64,000 nucleotides of DNA from Bacteroidales bacterium (GTDB lineage Bacteria > Bacteroidota > Bacteroidia > Bacteroidales > VadinHA17): positions 5,675 to 69,674 of the forward strand of contig JBARBF010000024.1 of NCBI GenBank assembly GCA_049792755.1, written 5' to 3'. The notes under the pieces are model-generated. The model saw only the letters and a program-made list of their open reading frames with translations. It had not been told where the DNA came from and did no database searches. Below, piece by piece: positions 1-9,376 of the stretch. Position numbers and translations under genes: made by a program. The first letter of the stretch is position 1, and the number at the start of each line of letters is the position of its first letter.

Positions 1-710
1 AATTGAAAGAATTAATCGATACTAAAGATAAGTTTTTCAATATAATAGCACATGATCTGAAAAATCCTTTCACAAGCCTCCTAGGATCTTCAGAATTGCT
101 TTTTGATAATATCAACCGGATGTCTGTTGAAAATATCAGGGATCTTGCTCTTATATTAAATGATTCTGCAAAATCAGGATTTGCTATCCTTCAAAATCTT
201 CTGGACTGGTCAAGATCACAAACAGGGATGTTGAAATTCAATCCGGAAGAAACAAATCTGAAAATCATTATTGATGAGAACATTGATAATATTAAATTAC
301 AGGTAAAAAATAAGGGAATTAAGCTTAAATCCAAGCTGACTGATGATTTATTAATATTTGCCGACAAGAATATGATAAACACCATATTGAGAAATCTGTT
401 AAGCAATGCTGTTAAATATACATTTAAAAACGGGACAATTCATGTAAGCGTTTCGCGTGCTCCTGAAGAGATTATAATAACAGTCAGGGATACAGGAACA
501 GGTATCTCAAAAGAAAAGGTTGATACCCTTTTTAAAATAGAAAACTCAATATCCCAACCGGGTACGGAAAAAGAACAGGGTACGGGGTTAGGTTTAAAAT
601 TATGCAAAGAATTTACAGAAAAAATGGGTGGCAGGATATGGGTTGAAAGCATTGTAGGTCAGGGAAGCGAATTTAAATTTACTATCCCGTTGGATGGCAT
701 AAATGCCTAA
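1..710 (+). CDS. Sensor histidine kinase, C-terminal part (5' end outside window)
   Basis: The frame is open from the window edge. H-box FFNIIAHDLKNPF (HisKA), N-box LLSNAVKYT, G-boxes VRDTGTGIS and GTGLGLKLCKEF (HATPase_c). No sensor or TM part is present, so the gene is truncated by the window. Confidence 0.85.
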   Translation, partial: LKELIDTKDKFFNIIAHDLKNPFTSLLGSSELLFDNINRMSVENIRDLALILNDSAKSGFAILQNLLDWSRSQTGMLKFNPEETNLKIIIDENIDNIKLQVKNKGIKLKSKLTDDLLIFADKNMINTILRNLLSNAVKYTFKNGTIHVSVSRAPEEIIITVRDTGTGISKEKVDTLFKIENSISQPGTEKEQGTGLGLKLCKEFTEKMGGRIWVESIVGQGSEFKFTIPLDGINA

Positions 711-786
711 TGGTAGATTGGTACGACTGCTTAGAGGCTTGACAGAACAACTGTATGACGGCATTACATCATAGCATCATAACAAT

Positions 787-1788
787 ATGATATCGCTTAC
801 AAAAAAAACAGACAATAAGCTTGAATGTCAGCTCTGCCCCCACTATTGCAAATTATCAGAGGGTAAGACTGGAATTTGTGGCGTCAGAAAAAACACGGGT
901 GCAGAAATCAAGCTGATGACTTATGGTGTTCTGTCGGGTTATTCTCTTGATCCGGTGGAGAAAAAACCTTTATATCATTTTTTTCCAGGGCATAATATTT
1001 TATCAATTGGATCATTCGGCTGCAATATGAGATGCGATTTTTGTCAGAATTATCATATATCGCAAAAAGTTCCTGAAAGTCTTATCCCTGAAAAAACGAT
1101 AAGAAAAATTATCGAAGATGCACTTTACGCCGATAAGAATATTGGAATAGCTTTTACATATAATGAACCAATTATCTGGTTTGAGTACCTGAAAGATGTT
1201 GCTGAAATTGCCAAAAAAGAGGGGTTGTACACAGTTATGGTCAGCAACGGATATATCAACAGGGAACCTCTTAAAGAATTAATTGAATGTATCGATGCAT
1301 TTAATATCGACCTCAAGGCATTTAATGACAGTTTTTACAGGAAACTAACAGGAGCGAAACTGGAACCTGTTAAAAATTGTCTTGTTGAGATCGCAAAGTC
1401 GGGAAAACATCTGGAAATAACCACACTTGTTATACCGGGACTGAATGATGACGAAAAGGAAATGGTTTTACTGTCATCATGGATTGCAGGTGAGCTTGGG
1501 AAAGAAACTCCATTTCATCTCAGCAGGTACTTCCCGACATACAAACGGGATACTCCTTCGACTCCTGAAGGATCGCTGAAAAAACTTTTTGATATTGCTT
1601 CCGAAAATCTTGATTATGTTTACATGGGAAACAGTCATTCAAGTACCGGACAGAACACTTTATGTCCAGAATGTGGTACTGAGGTAACTATAAGATCAGG
1701 ATATAATATCAGACATATTAACCTCGATGAAGAAGGGAAATGTACCTGTTGCGGTAAAATTATCTACAGAAATTTCACTATTTCTTAG
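787..1788 (+). CDS. amrS: AmmeMemoRadiSam-system-type radical SAM enzyme (PflA-like activase fold)
   Basis: CNMRCDFCQNY is a CxxxCxxC radical-SAM motif. An N-terminal Cys cluster CQLCPHYCKL...GICGVR and a C-terminal CPECG...CTCCG ribbon are typical of this family. 333 aa. Confidence 0.75.
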   Translation: MISLTKKTDNKLECQLCPHYCKLSEGKTGICGVRKNTGAEIKLMTYGVLSGYSLDPVEKKPLYHFFPGHNILSIGSFGCNMRCDFCQNYHISQKVPESLIPEKTIRKIIEDALYADKNIGIAFTYNEPIIWFEYLKDVAEIAKKEGLYTVMVSNGYINREPLKELIECIDAFNIDLKAFNDSFYRKLTGAKLEPVKNCLVEIAKSGKHLEITTLVIPGLNDDEKEMVLLSSWIAGELGKETPFHLSRYFPTYKRDTPSTPEGSLKKLFDIASENLDYVYMGNSHSSTGQNTLCPECGTEVTIRSGYNIRHINLDEEGKCTCCGKIIYRNFTIS

Positions 1789-2068
1789 CAGATAAAGAGC
1801 TCAGTCTCTCAAATAGTTTGTCAACACCCGTAAGAAGATCTTTTTCCAAAGTCTTGTAATAAGCTTTCACAATTTTCGGATTATCCTTACCGTCAGGATT
1901 GTTAACCCGTGCGATGAGTTCGTTTCTGAATTCAACTGCGTCCGATATTAATGCAGTTAACTCATCGGTTTTATTTTCAGGATGAATATTTGAATAAACG
2001 AAACAATCAGAAATTACTTCATAAATCAGGTAATCAATATCCTTTTTAAGTTCTCTTATGCTTGCCAT
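1778..2068 (-). CDS. Hypothetical small helical protein (96 aa)
   Basis: Clean ORF, convergent with amrS and overlapping its end by 11 nt. Charged, helical-looking sequence with no motif I recognise. Confidence 0.45.
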   Translation of the reverse strand: MASIRELKKDIDYLIYEVISDCFVYSNIHPENKTDELTALISDAVEFRNELIARVNNPDGKDNPKIVKAYYKTLEKDLLTGVDKLFERLSSLSAKK

Positions 2069-2130
2069 ACTAAATGGGTATGAATTAATGAGGGTACAAA
2101 TATAATAATTTATCTTTCAGTCTGTTCTAA

Positions 2131-2991
2131 TCAACTCCGATAATAAGTCCGGAAGAGGAGAATACTCTCTTCGGCTTTTTTCAGATAGAGTTTTCTCAGT
2201 TTTTCAATCAATGGTAGTTTGACATTAAAAAAATTATCACCGACACGATAAAAAGGAAGAACCATCGGTGATGTGCCCGTCATAAATACTGTGTCATACT
2301 TTTTGATTTCATCTGCATCCACACAGTCAAATTCCACTTTAATCTTGTTTTCACTGCAGACATCAAGAATATATTTTCTGGTAATGCCGTTGAGGACAAG
2401 ATTGTCCGGTGCAGTCAGAAGTGTTTCTCCTTTCAGAAAGAAAATATTGGATCTGCTTCCCTCTGTCACAAAATTATTTCCATTTACCAGAATAGCCTCG
2501 TAGGCGCTTTCAAGAATCAGTTTGTGATAAATAGATGATCTTAATCTATGATCAATTACTTTTGATTCAGGATCTTTCCTTTCCGCAAAATAAAGGATGC
2601 CTTTTACCCCTGTCTGATATTGTAATTCAGAAGGATAAACAGGTTCAATAAAGTAAATCAGGAAATTTTTTACATCTGCATTATAATTAAAAACTATCTT
2701 AAGGTTTGCTTCCCTCCTCTTATCTGACCTTGTCAGGCTGATGACAGCTTTTCTGATTGTGGAAATATCGGCAAGAAATTCCTTATTCTGTAGTTTTACG
2801 CTGATCTCCAGTCGTTTCATATGATCTGGGAAAAAGATCGGATTACCTTTTACCATTCTTAAGACTTCATATACGGAATCGCCTTCATAAACCAGAGAAT
2901 TATCGAACATTTCAGCCGGTTGAAGTGAACCGTTTATTATGAATTTCTTCCCGTTGCATTCATTCATTATATATTGTAATAAGCATGACAA
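2131..2991 (-). CDS. Aminotransferase class IV family (BCAT / D-aminotransferase / ADC-lyase-like)
   Basis: About 280 aa. EGSRSNIFF and LNGITR segments are characteristic of fold-type IV PLP enzymes. The start may be the internal MNECNG. Confidence 0.7.
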   Translation of the reverse strand: MSCLLQYIMNECNGKKFIINGSLQPAEMFDNSLVYEGDSVYEVLRMVKGNPIFFPDHMKRLEISVKLQNKEFLADISTIRKAVISLTRSDKRREANLKIVFNYNADVKNFLIYFIEPVYPSELQYQTGVKGILYFAERKDPESKVIDHRLRSSIYHKLILESAYEAILVNGNNFVTEGSRSNIFFLKGETLLTAPDNLVLNGITRKYILDVCSENKIKVEFDCVDADEIKKYDTVFMTGTSPMVLPFYRVGDNFFNVKLPLIEKLRKLYLKKAEESILLFRTYYRS

Positions 2992-3061
2992 AAATACAAA
3001 CTATCAGCTAATCTGCCCTCAATTCTAATTATATTCGTAGTCATAACAGAGATTTCAACTT

Positions 3062-4432
3062 ATGTATGCAATTATTGATATTGAGACCACAGGGGGAAGT
3101 GCACATAATGAAAAAATCACTGAGATCGCTATTTACCTGCATGATGGAAATGAAATAACGGGAGAATTTGTTTCTCTCGTTAACCCAGAGAGGAATATCC
3201 CGTATTTCATAACAAACCTTACCGGGATAACCAACGAAATGGTTGAAGATGCTCCCCGATTTTATGAGATTGCCAAAAAGATAATTGAGTTGACTGAAGG
3301 CAGAATTTTTGTCGCTCATAATGCCCGGTTCGATTATTCATTCATCAGACAGGAATACAAATCTCTTGGTTTTAATTTCAAAAGAAGCATCCTCGACACT
3401 GTAGCGCTCAGCAGGAAGCTTCTGCCCGGACACGGGTCCTATAGTTTAGGCAATATCTGCCGGGACCTCGACATTTCAATTAATGGAAGACACAGGGCCG
3501 CAGGTGACGCCCTGGCTACCGTAAAGCTCTTCGAGACCCTTATTGCCAAGGATATTGAGGTCAACGGAAGCAAATTTTCACTTATGAAAAACACCAGGGT
3601 ATCAAAGCTAAATCCAAAACTTGATATTTCTAAAATAGAAAGTATCCCGGATGAACCGGGAATATACTATTTCTATAATGAGAAGGGTGATCTTATTTAT
3701 ATCGGAAAGAGCCGTAATCTCCAGCAGAGAATCAGCACGCATCTCTCGAATAATTCTTCTAACAGGGCGATGGAAATGCGTGATCTTATTGCCGATATTG
3801 ACTGGGAAACTACAGGAAGTGAACTCATCGCTCTCCTGAAGGAATCATTTGAGATTAAGCTTAACAAACCTGTTTATAACAGAGCACAACGAAGAACGGG
3901 ATTTCAATGGGGAATTTTTAGTTTTGTTGATCAGAATGGTTACCTGAATTACCGATATGGCCAGATTAACGATAATGAAGTTCCTGTTTCAGTATTTACC
4001 TCAAAAGAAAAAACTAAAGCTAAATTAGGTTCACTGATTGAAACTTACTCTCTTTGTCAGAAACTATCGGGTTTATATGAAACAGAAGGAGCCTGTTTTC
4101 ATTACCAGGTCGGAATATGTAAAGGGGCATGTATTGGCAAGGAGTCTCCTGAGGAATATAATGAACGGGCAGCCAAAGCAACTGAAGAGTTCATCTTCAT
4201 GAGGCGTAACTTTTTTATTATTGATAAAGGTCGTGATGTTGAGGAGCGCTGCGCCGTCAAGATTGTAAACGGGAAATTCACCGGCTACGGATATTTTAAT
4301 ATTAATGATATGGGATTCGGACTTACGGCGGTACATGAATGTATCAAACCATCAGGTGATAACAGCGATATCCAGGTTATTCTGAAACAATATCTTAAGA
4401 GTAACAGGGTTGAAAAGATTATAGAATTCTAA
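3062..4432 (+). CDS. DnaQ-like DEDDh 3'-5' exonuclease fused to GIY-YIG / UvrC-N-like nuclease module
   Basis: ExoI IIDIETTGG, ExoII AHNARFDYSF, ExoIII HRAAGDALAT. Then GIY-YIG PGIYYFYNEKGDLIYIGKSRNLQQRISTH and a UvrC-like Cys-rich segment GACFHYQVGICKGACIG. Confidence 0.85.
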   Translation: MYAIIDIETTGGSAHNEKITEIAIYLHDGNEITGEFVSLVNPERNIPYFITNLTGITNEMVEDAPRFYEIAKKIIELTEGRIFVAHNARFDYSFIRQEYKSLGFNFKRSILDTVALSRKLLPGHGSYSLGNICRDLDISINGRHRAAGDALATVKLFETLIAKDIEVNGSKFSLMKNTRVSKLNPKLDISKIESIPDEPGIYYFYNEKGDLIYIGKSRNLQQRISTHLSNNSSNRAMEMRDLIADIDWETTGSELIALLKESFEIKLNKPVYNRAQRRTGFQWGIFSFVDQNGYLNYRYGQINDNEVPVSVFTSKEKTKAKLGSLIETYSLCQKLSGLYETEGACFHYQVGICKGACIGKESPEEYNERAAKATEEFIFMRRNFFIIDKGRDVEERCAVKIVNGKFTGYGYFNINDMGFGLTAVHECIKPSGDNSDIQVILKQYLKSNRVEKIIEF

Positions 4433-4442
4433 ATGATTATAT

Positions 4443-4462
4443 GGTCATGCCATGGCGTGACC
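4443..4462. terminator. Hairpin between convergent exonuclease and kdpE genes (possible bidirectional terminator)
   Basis: ggtcatgc-catg-gcgtgacc gives an 8-bp stem (one G-U pair) with a 4-nt loop, followed by ttcacttt. Confidence 0.4.
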
Positions 4463-4469
4463 TTCACTT

Positions 4470-5153
4470 TCATTCATGAAACCGATACCCGATTCCCGAT
4501 TCAGTAATCAACAGTGCAGGTTTCGCCGGATCGTCCTCGATTTTCTTCCGGAGCTGAGCCACGAACACTCTTAAAATTTGAGTTTGACCGACGTACCCGA
4601 AACCCCAAATTTCCTTTAGAATACTCTGATGGGTCAAAACCCTTCCGGAATTTTTTGCCAGAAGCGCCAATAATGAGAACTCAGTAGATGTCAGTTTTAA
4701 AATATCCTCATTCTTACGAGCAATATGATTTACCAGGTCAATAGAAAGTGAGCCGAAACTCAGATTAGGATCAGCTTCATTGCCCGGGCTGTGCCTCAAA
4801 GCAGCTCTGATACGCGCAAGCAATTCACCGGTTCGGAATGGTTTTGTAAGAAAATCATTAGCGCCATTATCAAGCGCATTAATAATATCCTCTTCAGAAT
4901 TCTTCACCGAAAGAATTATAATTGGCTTAAGATACCACTCCCTGATTTTTTTCAAAATTTCAATACCGCTTGTATCAGGTAATCCAAGATCAAGAATAAT
5001 AAGAGCCGGGTTATGTGTAGCAGCAGTTATAAGACCCTCTTTACCGGTACTTGCTTCAGAAATCTTAAAGCCATTCGATGAAAGAGTTATTTCAAGTAAA
5101 CGTCGAATCTGGACCTCGTCATCAATAACAAGTATTGTATTAGGTAAATTCAT
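4470..5153 (-). CDS. kdpE: OmpR-family response regulator KdpE
   Basis: Receiver domain (ILVIDDE, LIILDLGLPD, LSVK) plus a winged-helix C-terminus (LTSTEFSLLALLAKNSGRVLTHQSIL...GIGYRF). It sits immediately downstream of kdpD. Confidence 0.85.
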   Translation of the reverse strand: MNLPNTILVIDDEVQIRRLLEITLSSNGFKISEASTGKEGLITAATHNPALIILDLGLPDTSGIEILKKIREWYLKPIIILSVKNSEEDIINALDNGANDFLTKPFRTGELLARIRAALRHSPGNEADPNLSFGSLSIDLVNHIARKNEDILKLTSTEFSLLALLAKNSGRVLTHQSILKEIWGFGYVGQTQILRVFVAQLRKKIEDDPAKPALLITESGIGYRFHE

Positions 5154-5165
5154 TTGTAGGCTGTT

Positions 5166-7838
5166 TTATTCCTTTAATCCGGACTGTGGTATCTCTGTTG
5201 GTATTTTAATAGTAAATTTCGCACCCCCGTTTTGCCTGTTTTCAACGGTTATTGTACCCTGATGTGCTTCAGTAAAGCCTTTTGCAATTGATAGGCCCAA
5301 TCCTGTTCCGCCTGCCTTTGATCCTTCAACCCTATAGAATTTGTTAAAGATAAGAGATATTTCCTTAGCATTAAAACCCGGACCTCTGTCCATAACCTGG
5401 ATAGTCATTATTCCATTGTCATAGAATGCTTTAACCCTAAGATTTGTCGAGATGGAAGCATATTGGGTTGCATTATAAATAAGATTGTATAGTACCTGTT
5501 CCATTAAGCCGAAATCAATCTTCACAAAAGGCATATCATCAGGAATAACAATGTGGAGATTAAAAGGTTTGAGTTCATCCTGAAGGCTCTCAGTAACTTT
5601 GTTCACCAGGTCATGAATGTCGCACCAATCAAGCCGTGGAGTTATCCGTCCGCTTTCCAGACGTGACATATTCAGAAGGTTTTCTATAAGACGGTTTAAT
5701 CTTTTGGATGCTTTGAATATTTCGTTTGACAGTTCTTTTCGTATTTCCTCAGTATGTTCCGTCGTGAGCAAAGAGTCTGATGCACCCATAATTGTTGCAA
5801 CCGGTATTCGCAATTCGTGCGATATAGAGTTAAAAAGCGTTTTGTAAAGTTTGTCGGATTCGTTTAACAAAAAAGCCTGCTTAGCCATATTTCTAAGATA
5901 TTCCCTTTCGAACTTTCCGGATATCTGCGAAATAAATGCCTCCCAGAATTGCTCTTCACCCTGGGTAAAGACAATTTCATGTTGAATCGCAATGACCCCC
6001 AGGTTCATCTGATTTCCTTTCAGTGGGTAAAATGTAAAATTAGCCGATGGTAAGGTATCTGTATGCTTTCCTGCTTTTGTAGAGTGTTGAAATGTCCACT
6101 CTGCAACACTCATATCATTTTTTGAAATGCTAAAACTGGTATTTTTTTTACTGGAATATTCAAGCTGATCCGATTCATTTTTCAGCAAGATCCGGCAATT
6201 TAGATTAAAGTATTTTTTAATATCGTTTTTTGCTATACTTATAACTTCTTCAACTCCTGTTGCCGTAGAAAGTTCCCTGGTAAGCTGGTACAAGGCATTA
6301 GTACGCTCCTCACGTATTCTGATCTTCATCTCCTGCCTTTTTATTCTTGATGTCAGAACTCCGCTCAACAATGCAATAATGAAAAACATTATCAGCATAA
6401 GCATATCTTCAGGTTTATCAACGTGAAGTGTATAGGGAGGCGGTATAAAAAAGAAATCCCAGATAAGGGCGCTCATAGTGGCAGATAGCAGAATTGGTCC
6501 GGTGCCAAGGAAAAATGCCAGTGTTGATACTACGAATAAAAGTACATAAGAGACAACCTGATAAACAATATATTCTTTAAGCAAATAACAAATTGTCGCA
6601 GTGAGAATGACTATTAATGAAGCTACCAGGTATTGTCGGATATTTGAGGTAAATGATGGTAAAGAGACTTTTTCTTTAAATCTGTCTTTCGACTGAATAT
6701 CTGAACCCAATATATAAACATCTATATTACCGCTGTAACGGATAAGCCGGTTAACAAAGTTACCAAGACGCAGGAGAGTAAGCAGGTTACGTACGCGTGG
6801 TTTTCCAATAATAATATGTGTAATGTTTTCCTTTTGAGCAAAATCGACGATTGCCTTAACCATATCAGTATTAGTAATGAACCGGAACTTAATTCCAAGC
6901 TGTCGGGCCAAAGCAATATTTTTATTCAGTTGTTCACTCTCCCTGGTATCAGGTTTGTACGATGTCTCAACGTAGATTGCCTGCAGATCAGCACCCATTG
7001 TATATGAGAGGTTTTTAGCCCACCTGAGTAATTTGGCTGATTGCTGTGTATGACTTACCGCGACCAGCAGATGCAAGCCTGATTTCCATGGTCCCTTGAT
7101 CCGTTTTAGTTGCATGTATTCATGGAGCTGCTTGTCGACCCTGTCAGCAACTATCCTTAAAGCCATTTCGCGCAGAGCCGTGATATTTCCTTTCCGGAAA
7201 AAACTCTCTATAGCTTCTTTGGATCTTTCAGGTGTATATACTTTGCCTTCTGAAAGTCGTTGAAGAAGTTCCTCCGGAGTGAGGTCAATAACTTCTATTT
7301 CATCGGCATTTTCAAAGATCTCATCCGGCACCGTTTCCCTGACTACTATTCCTGTAATCTGGGCAACTGTGTCTGAACGGCTTTCAAGATGCTGTACATT
7401 AACGGTAGTATAAACATTAATACCGTTATCAAGTATTTCCAAAACATCCTGATACCTTTTAGCATGACGGCTGCCAGGAGCATTAGTGTGTGCAAGTTCA
7501 TCAACCAGGACAAGCAGCGGTTTCCGGGCTAAAATTGCATCCAGATCCATCTCATATACTGTTGTCGTTTTATACTGATATGTTTTACGTGGAATTAATT
7601 CAAAGCCCTCTGCCAACTCTGCTGTCTCTTTCCTGTTGTGGGTTTCAACATAACCTATAATGATATCACAACCCTTTGATTTCTCAGCCTGTGCCGTTTG
7701 AAGCATAGTGTAAGTCTTACCCACCCCGGCACACATTCCGAAGAAAATTTTCAGCTTGCCCCGCTTATTTTTTTCTTCTTCCAGCTTTAATGAAGCTAAA
7801 AGTTCGTCAGGATCCGGGCGGTTCTCAGAAAAATCCAT
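5166..7838 (-). CDS. kdpD: Sensor histidine kinase KdpD (KdpD-N/Usp, 4 TM, GAF-like, HisKA, HATPase)
   Basis: 890 aa. N-terminal P-loop-like FFGMCAGVGKTYTML is typical of KdpD. There is a central hydrophobic block, H-box ISHELRIPVATI and G-box GGTGLGLSIAKGF. Confidence 0.9.
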   Translation of the reverse strand: MDFSENRPDPDELLASLKLEEEKNKRGKLKIFFGMCAGVGKTYTMLQTAQAEKSKGCDIIIGYVETHNRKETAELAEGFELIPRKTYQYKTTTVYEMDLDAILARKPLLVLVDELAHTNAPGSRHAKRYQDVLEILDNGINVYTTVNVQHLESRSDTVAQITGIVVRETVPDEIFENADEIEVIDLTPEELLQRLSEGKVYTPERSKEAIESFFRKGNITALREMALRIVADRVDKQLHEYMQLKRIKGPWKSGLHLLVAVSHTQQSAKLLRWAKNLSYTMGADLQAIYVETSYKPDTRESEQLNKNIALARQLGIKFRFITNTDMVKAIVDFAQKENITHIIIGKPRVRNLLTLLRLGNFVNRLIRYSGNIDVYILGSDIQSKDRFKEKVSLPSFTSNIRQYLVASLIVILTATICYLLKEYIVYQVVSYVLLFVVSTLAFFLGTGPILLSATMSALIWDFFFIPPPYTLHVDKPEDMLMLIMFFIIALLSGVLTSRIKRQEMKIRIREERTNALYQLTRELSTATGVEEVISIAKNDIKKYFNLNCRILLKNESDQLEYSSKKNTSFSISKNDMSVAEWTFQHSTKAGKHTDTLPSANFTFYPLKGNQMNLGVIAIQHEIVFTQGEEQFWEAFISQISGKFEREYLRNMAKQAFLLNESDKLYKTLFNSISHELRIPVATIMGASDSLLTTEHTEEIRKELSNEIFKASKRLNRLIENLLNMSRLESGRITPRLDWCDIHDLVNKVTESLQDELKPFNLHIVIPDDMPFVKIDFGLMEQVLYNLIYNATQYASISTNLRVKAFYDNGIMTIQVMDRGPGFNAKEISLIFNKFYRVEGSKAGGTGLGLSIAKGFTEAHQGTITVENRQNGGAKFTIKIPTEIPQSGLKE

Positions 7839-7844
7839 TTAATT

Positions 7845-8741
7845 TTACTTTTTCTCAAATTTTGATATTATTGCAGCTGCCTGTTCTTCCATACTTTTTA
7901 TCCGGAACAACATTTTTTTCAGTTCTTCCACATCATCCGGGTTTATGCCTTTTCCAGATTCTTCCAGTGAAGTTACTGACATCTTCTGCTTGTTTTTATT
8001 TAATTTGTCGGCCATCTCGTTCAAAACAAGAGAAATCTCGTAGAATTCATCCTTCCCATCAAAGAAAAGGTGTTGTTTAAAATTGCCGGAACCAATTTCT
8101 TTTATGCCATTGTAAAGTTCAAAAAAACGCCGGTTAAAATATGAAGAAAAGCTAAAGGTAAAACTCATTCCAATCAAGAAACACAGGGTTGCCAGAATTG
8201 TCATCTTTGTCAAAGCGCTCCTGGATGAAGCTTTTGCATCATCAGTTTTAGTTTCAAGAGCTTTTCCGTTCATCTGAGACAGAATTGACAATTTCTGATA
8301 CAGGTTGCCGGATTTATTCTGCAGGTAAAGCATCGCTGCAGCTGATTTCGGAGATTTTATAACAGATAATACAGAATCCCTGTATTCGGTACAATCAGTC
8401 TCTATACCCGTTACAAGCTTATCTTCACCAGGCTCTGTTATATTATTCTTTTCAGAAATAAGTGCCTGGTAGACCAGGTTCAATTCTTTAGCAATCTTTA
8501 AACTATCAGGAGTTTTTTTTGTTAAATAACTTATATTAATTTCCTGATTAATGTTCATTATACCCTCAGACATTTCCCGGGCATAAACTACAGACAAGTA
8601 GTTTTCCTTGAGTATTGCACTGGTTTTGTCTGATAACTTATTCAGATAATAACCTGAAAAAACTGCTAATACTGAAATGATAATAAACAAGAATATCATT
8701 CCCAGTGTAAATCTTGTTCGGATTGAATGTCTCATAGTCAA
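7845..8741 (-). CDS. Membrane protein with periplasmic helical (4HB_MCP-like) domain plus HAMP and no output domain
   Basis: TM1 LGMIFLFIIISVLAVFSGYYL, then about 145 aa of helical extracytoplasmic region, TM2 ILATLCFLIGMSFTFSFSSYF, and a HAMP-like RRFFELYNGIKEIGSGNFKQHLFFDGKDEFYEISLVLNEMADKL. It ends in a short coiled coil. Wedged between kdpC and kdpD with gaps of 28 and 6 nt. Confidence 0.6.
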   Translation of the reverse strand: MTMRHSIRTRFTLGMIFLFIIISVLAVFSGYYLNKLSDKTSAILKENYLSVVYAREMSEGIMNINQEINISYLTKKTPDSLKIAKELNLVYQALISEKNNITEPGEDKLVTGIETDCTEYRDSVLSVIKSPKSAAAMLYLQNKSGNLYQKLSILSQMNGKALETKTDDAKASSRSALTKMTILATLCFLIGMSFTFSFSSYFNRRFFELYNGIKEIGSGNFKQHLFFDGKDEFYEISLVLNEMADKLNKNKQKMSVTSLEESGKGINPDDVEELKKMLFRIKSMEEQAAAIISKFEKK

Positions 8742-8769
8742 GTCTTTTACTAAATATCAGTAATTTATC

Positions 8770-9342
8770 TTAAATCTTATCAAGTTCTAAATTTAATATT
8801 AATACATTAATCCGTTGTTCACCAAGGCAGAAAAACTGTGGTGCTTCGGTCAGATCAATTATTTTACCTAAAAGCTTTTCTTTTTGCTTACTATCGAAAT
8901 GTCTGGCCTCAGAGATCCGATCTACCTGTAATAAGGCTGCTTCAGGTGATATATGAGGGTCGAGGCCGCTTCCGGATGCAAAAATCATCTCTTTCGGAAC
9001 AGCTTTTAAGTCTTCAATTGAATTACTCTTAGCAAATAAAATACGCCGGGCATTAACCAGCTTTCTTAAGGTATCACTCGTTGGCCCAAAGTTCGAAGCT
9101 CCTGAGGGAATAGGGTTATAACCAATAGCCGATGGTCTCGACCAGAAATAGATACTGCTGTCAAACTTCTGCCCGATCAGTTCAGAGCCAACAATTTTGC
9201 CATCCTTTATAATAAGACTTCCGTTCGCTTTGAACGGATATGTCAGCTGTGCCACACCTGTCATTAACAGTGGATAAATAATCCCGGTCAGAAGGGTCAT
9301 TATCAATAAAAATTTTAAAGCTGTAATCGTTTGTGTTTTCAT
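8770..9342 (-). CDS. kdpC: K+-transporting ATPase subunit C
   Basis: 190 aa with a single N-terminal TM. GSELIGQ, ASGSGLDPHISP and A..Q..R motifs are typical of KdpC. Position is after kdpB. Confidence 0.9.
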   Translation of the reverse strand: MKTQTITALKFLLIMTLLTGIIYPLLMTGVAQLTYPFKANGSLIIKDGKIVGSELIGQKFDSSIYFWSRPSAIGYNPIPSGASNFGPTSDTLRKLVNARRILFAKSNSIEDLKAVPKEMIFASGSGLDPHISPEAALLQVDRISEARHFDSKQKEKLLGKIIDLTEAPQFFCLGEQRINVLILNLELDKI

Positions 9343-9376
9343 GCTAATCTATGTGAAATAATAATTTTCCTGATTC

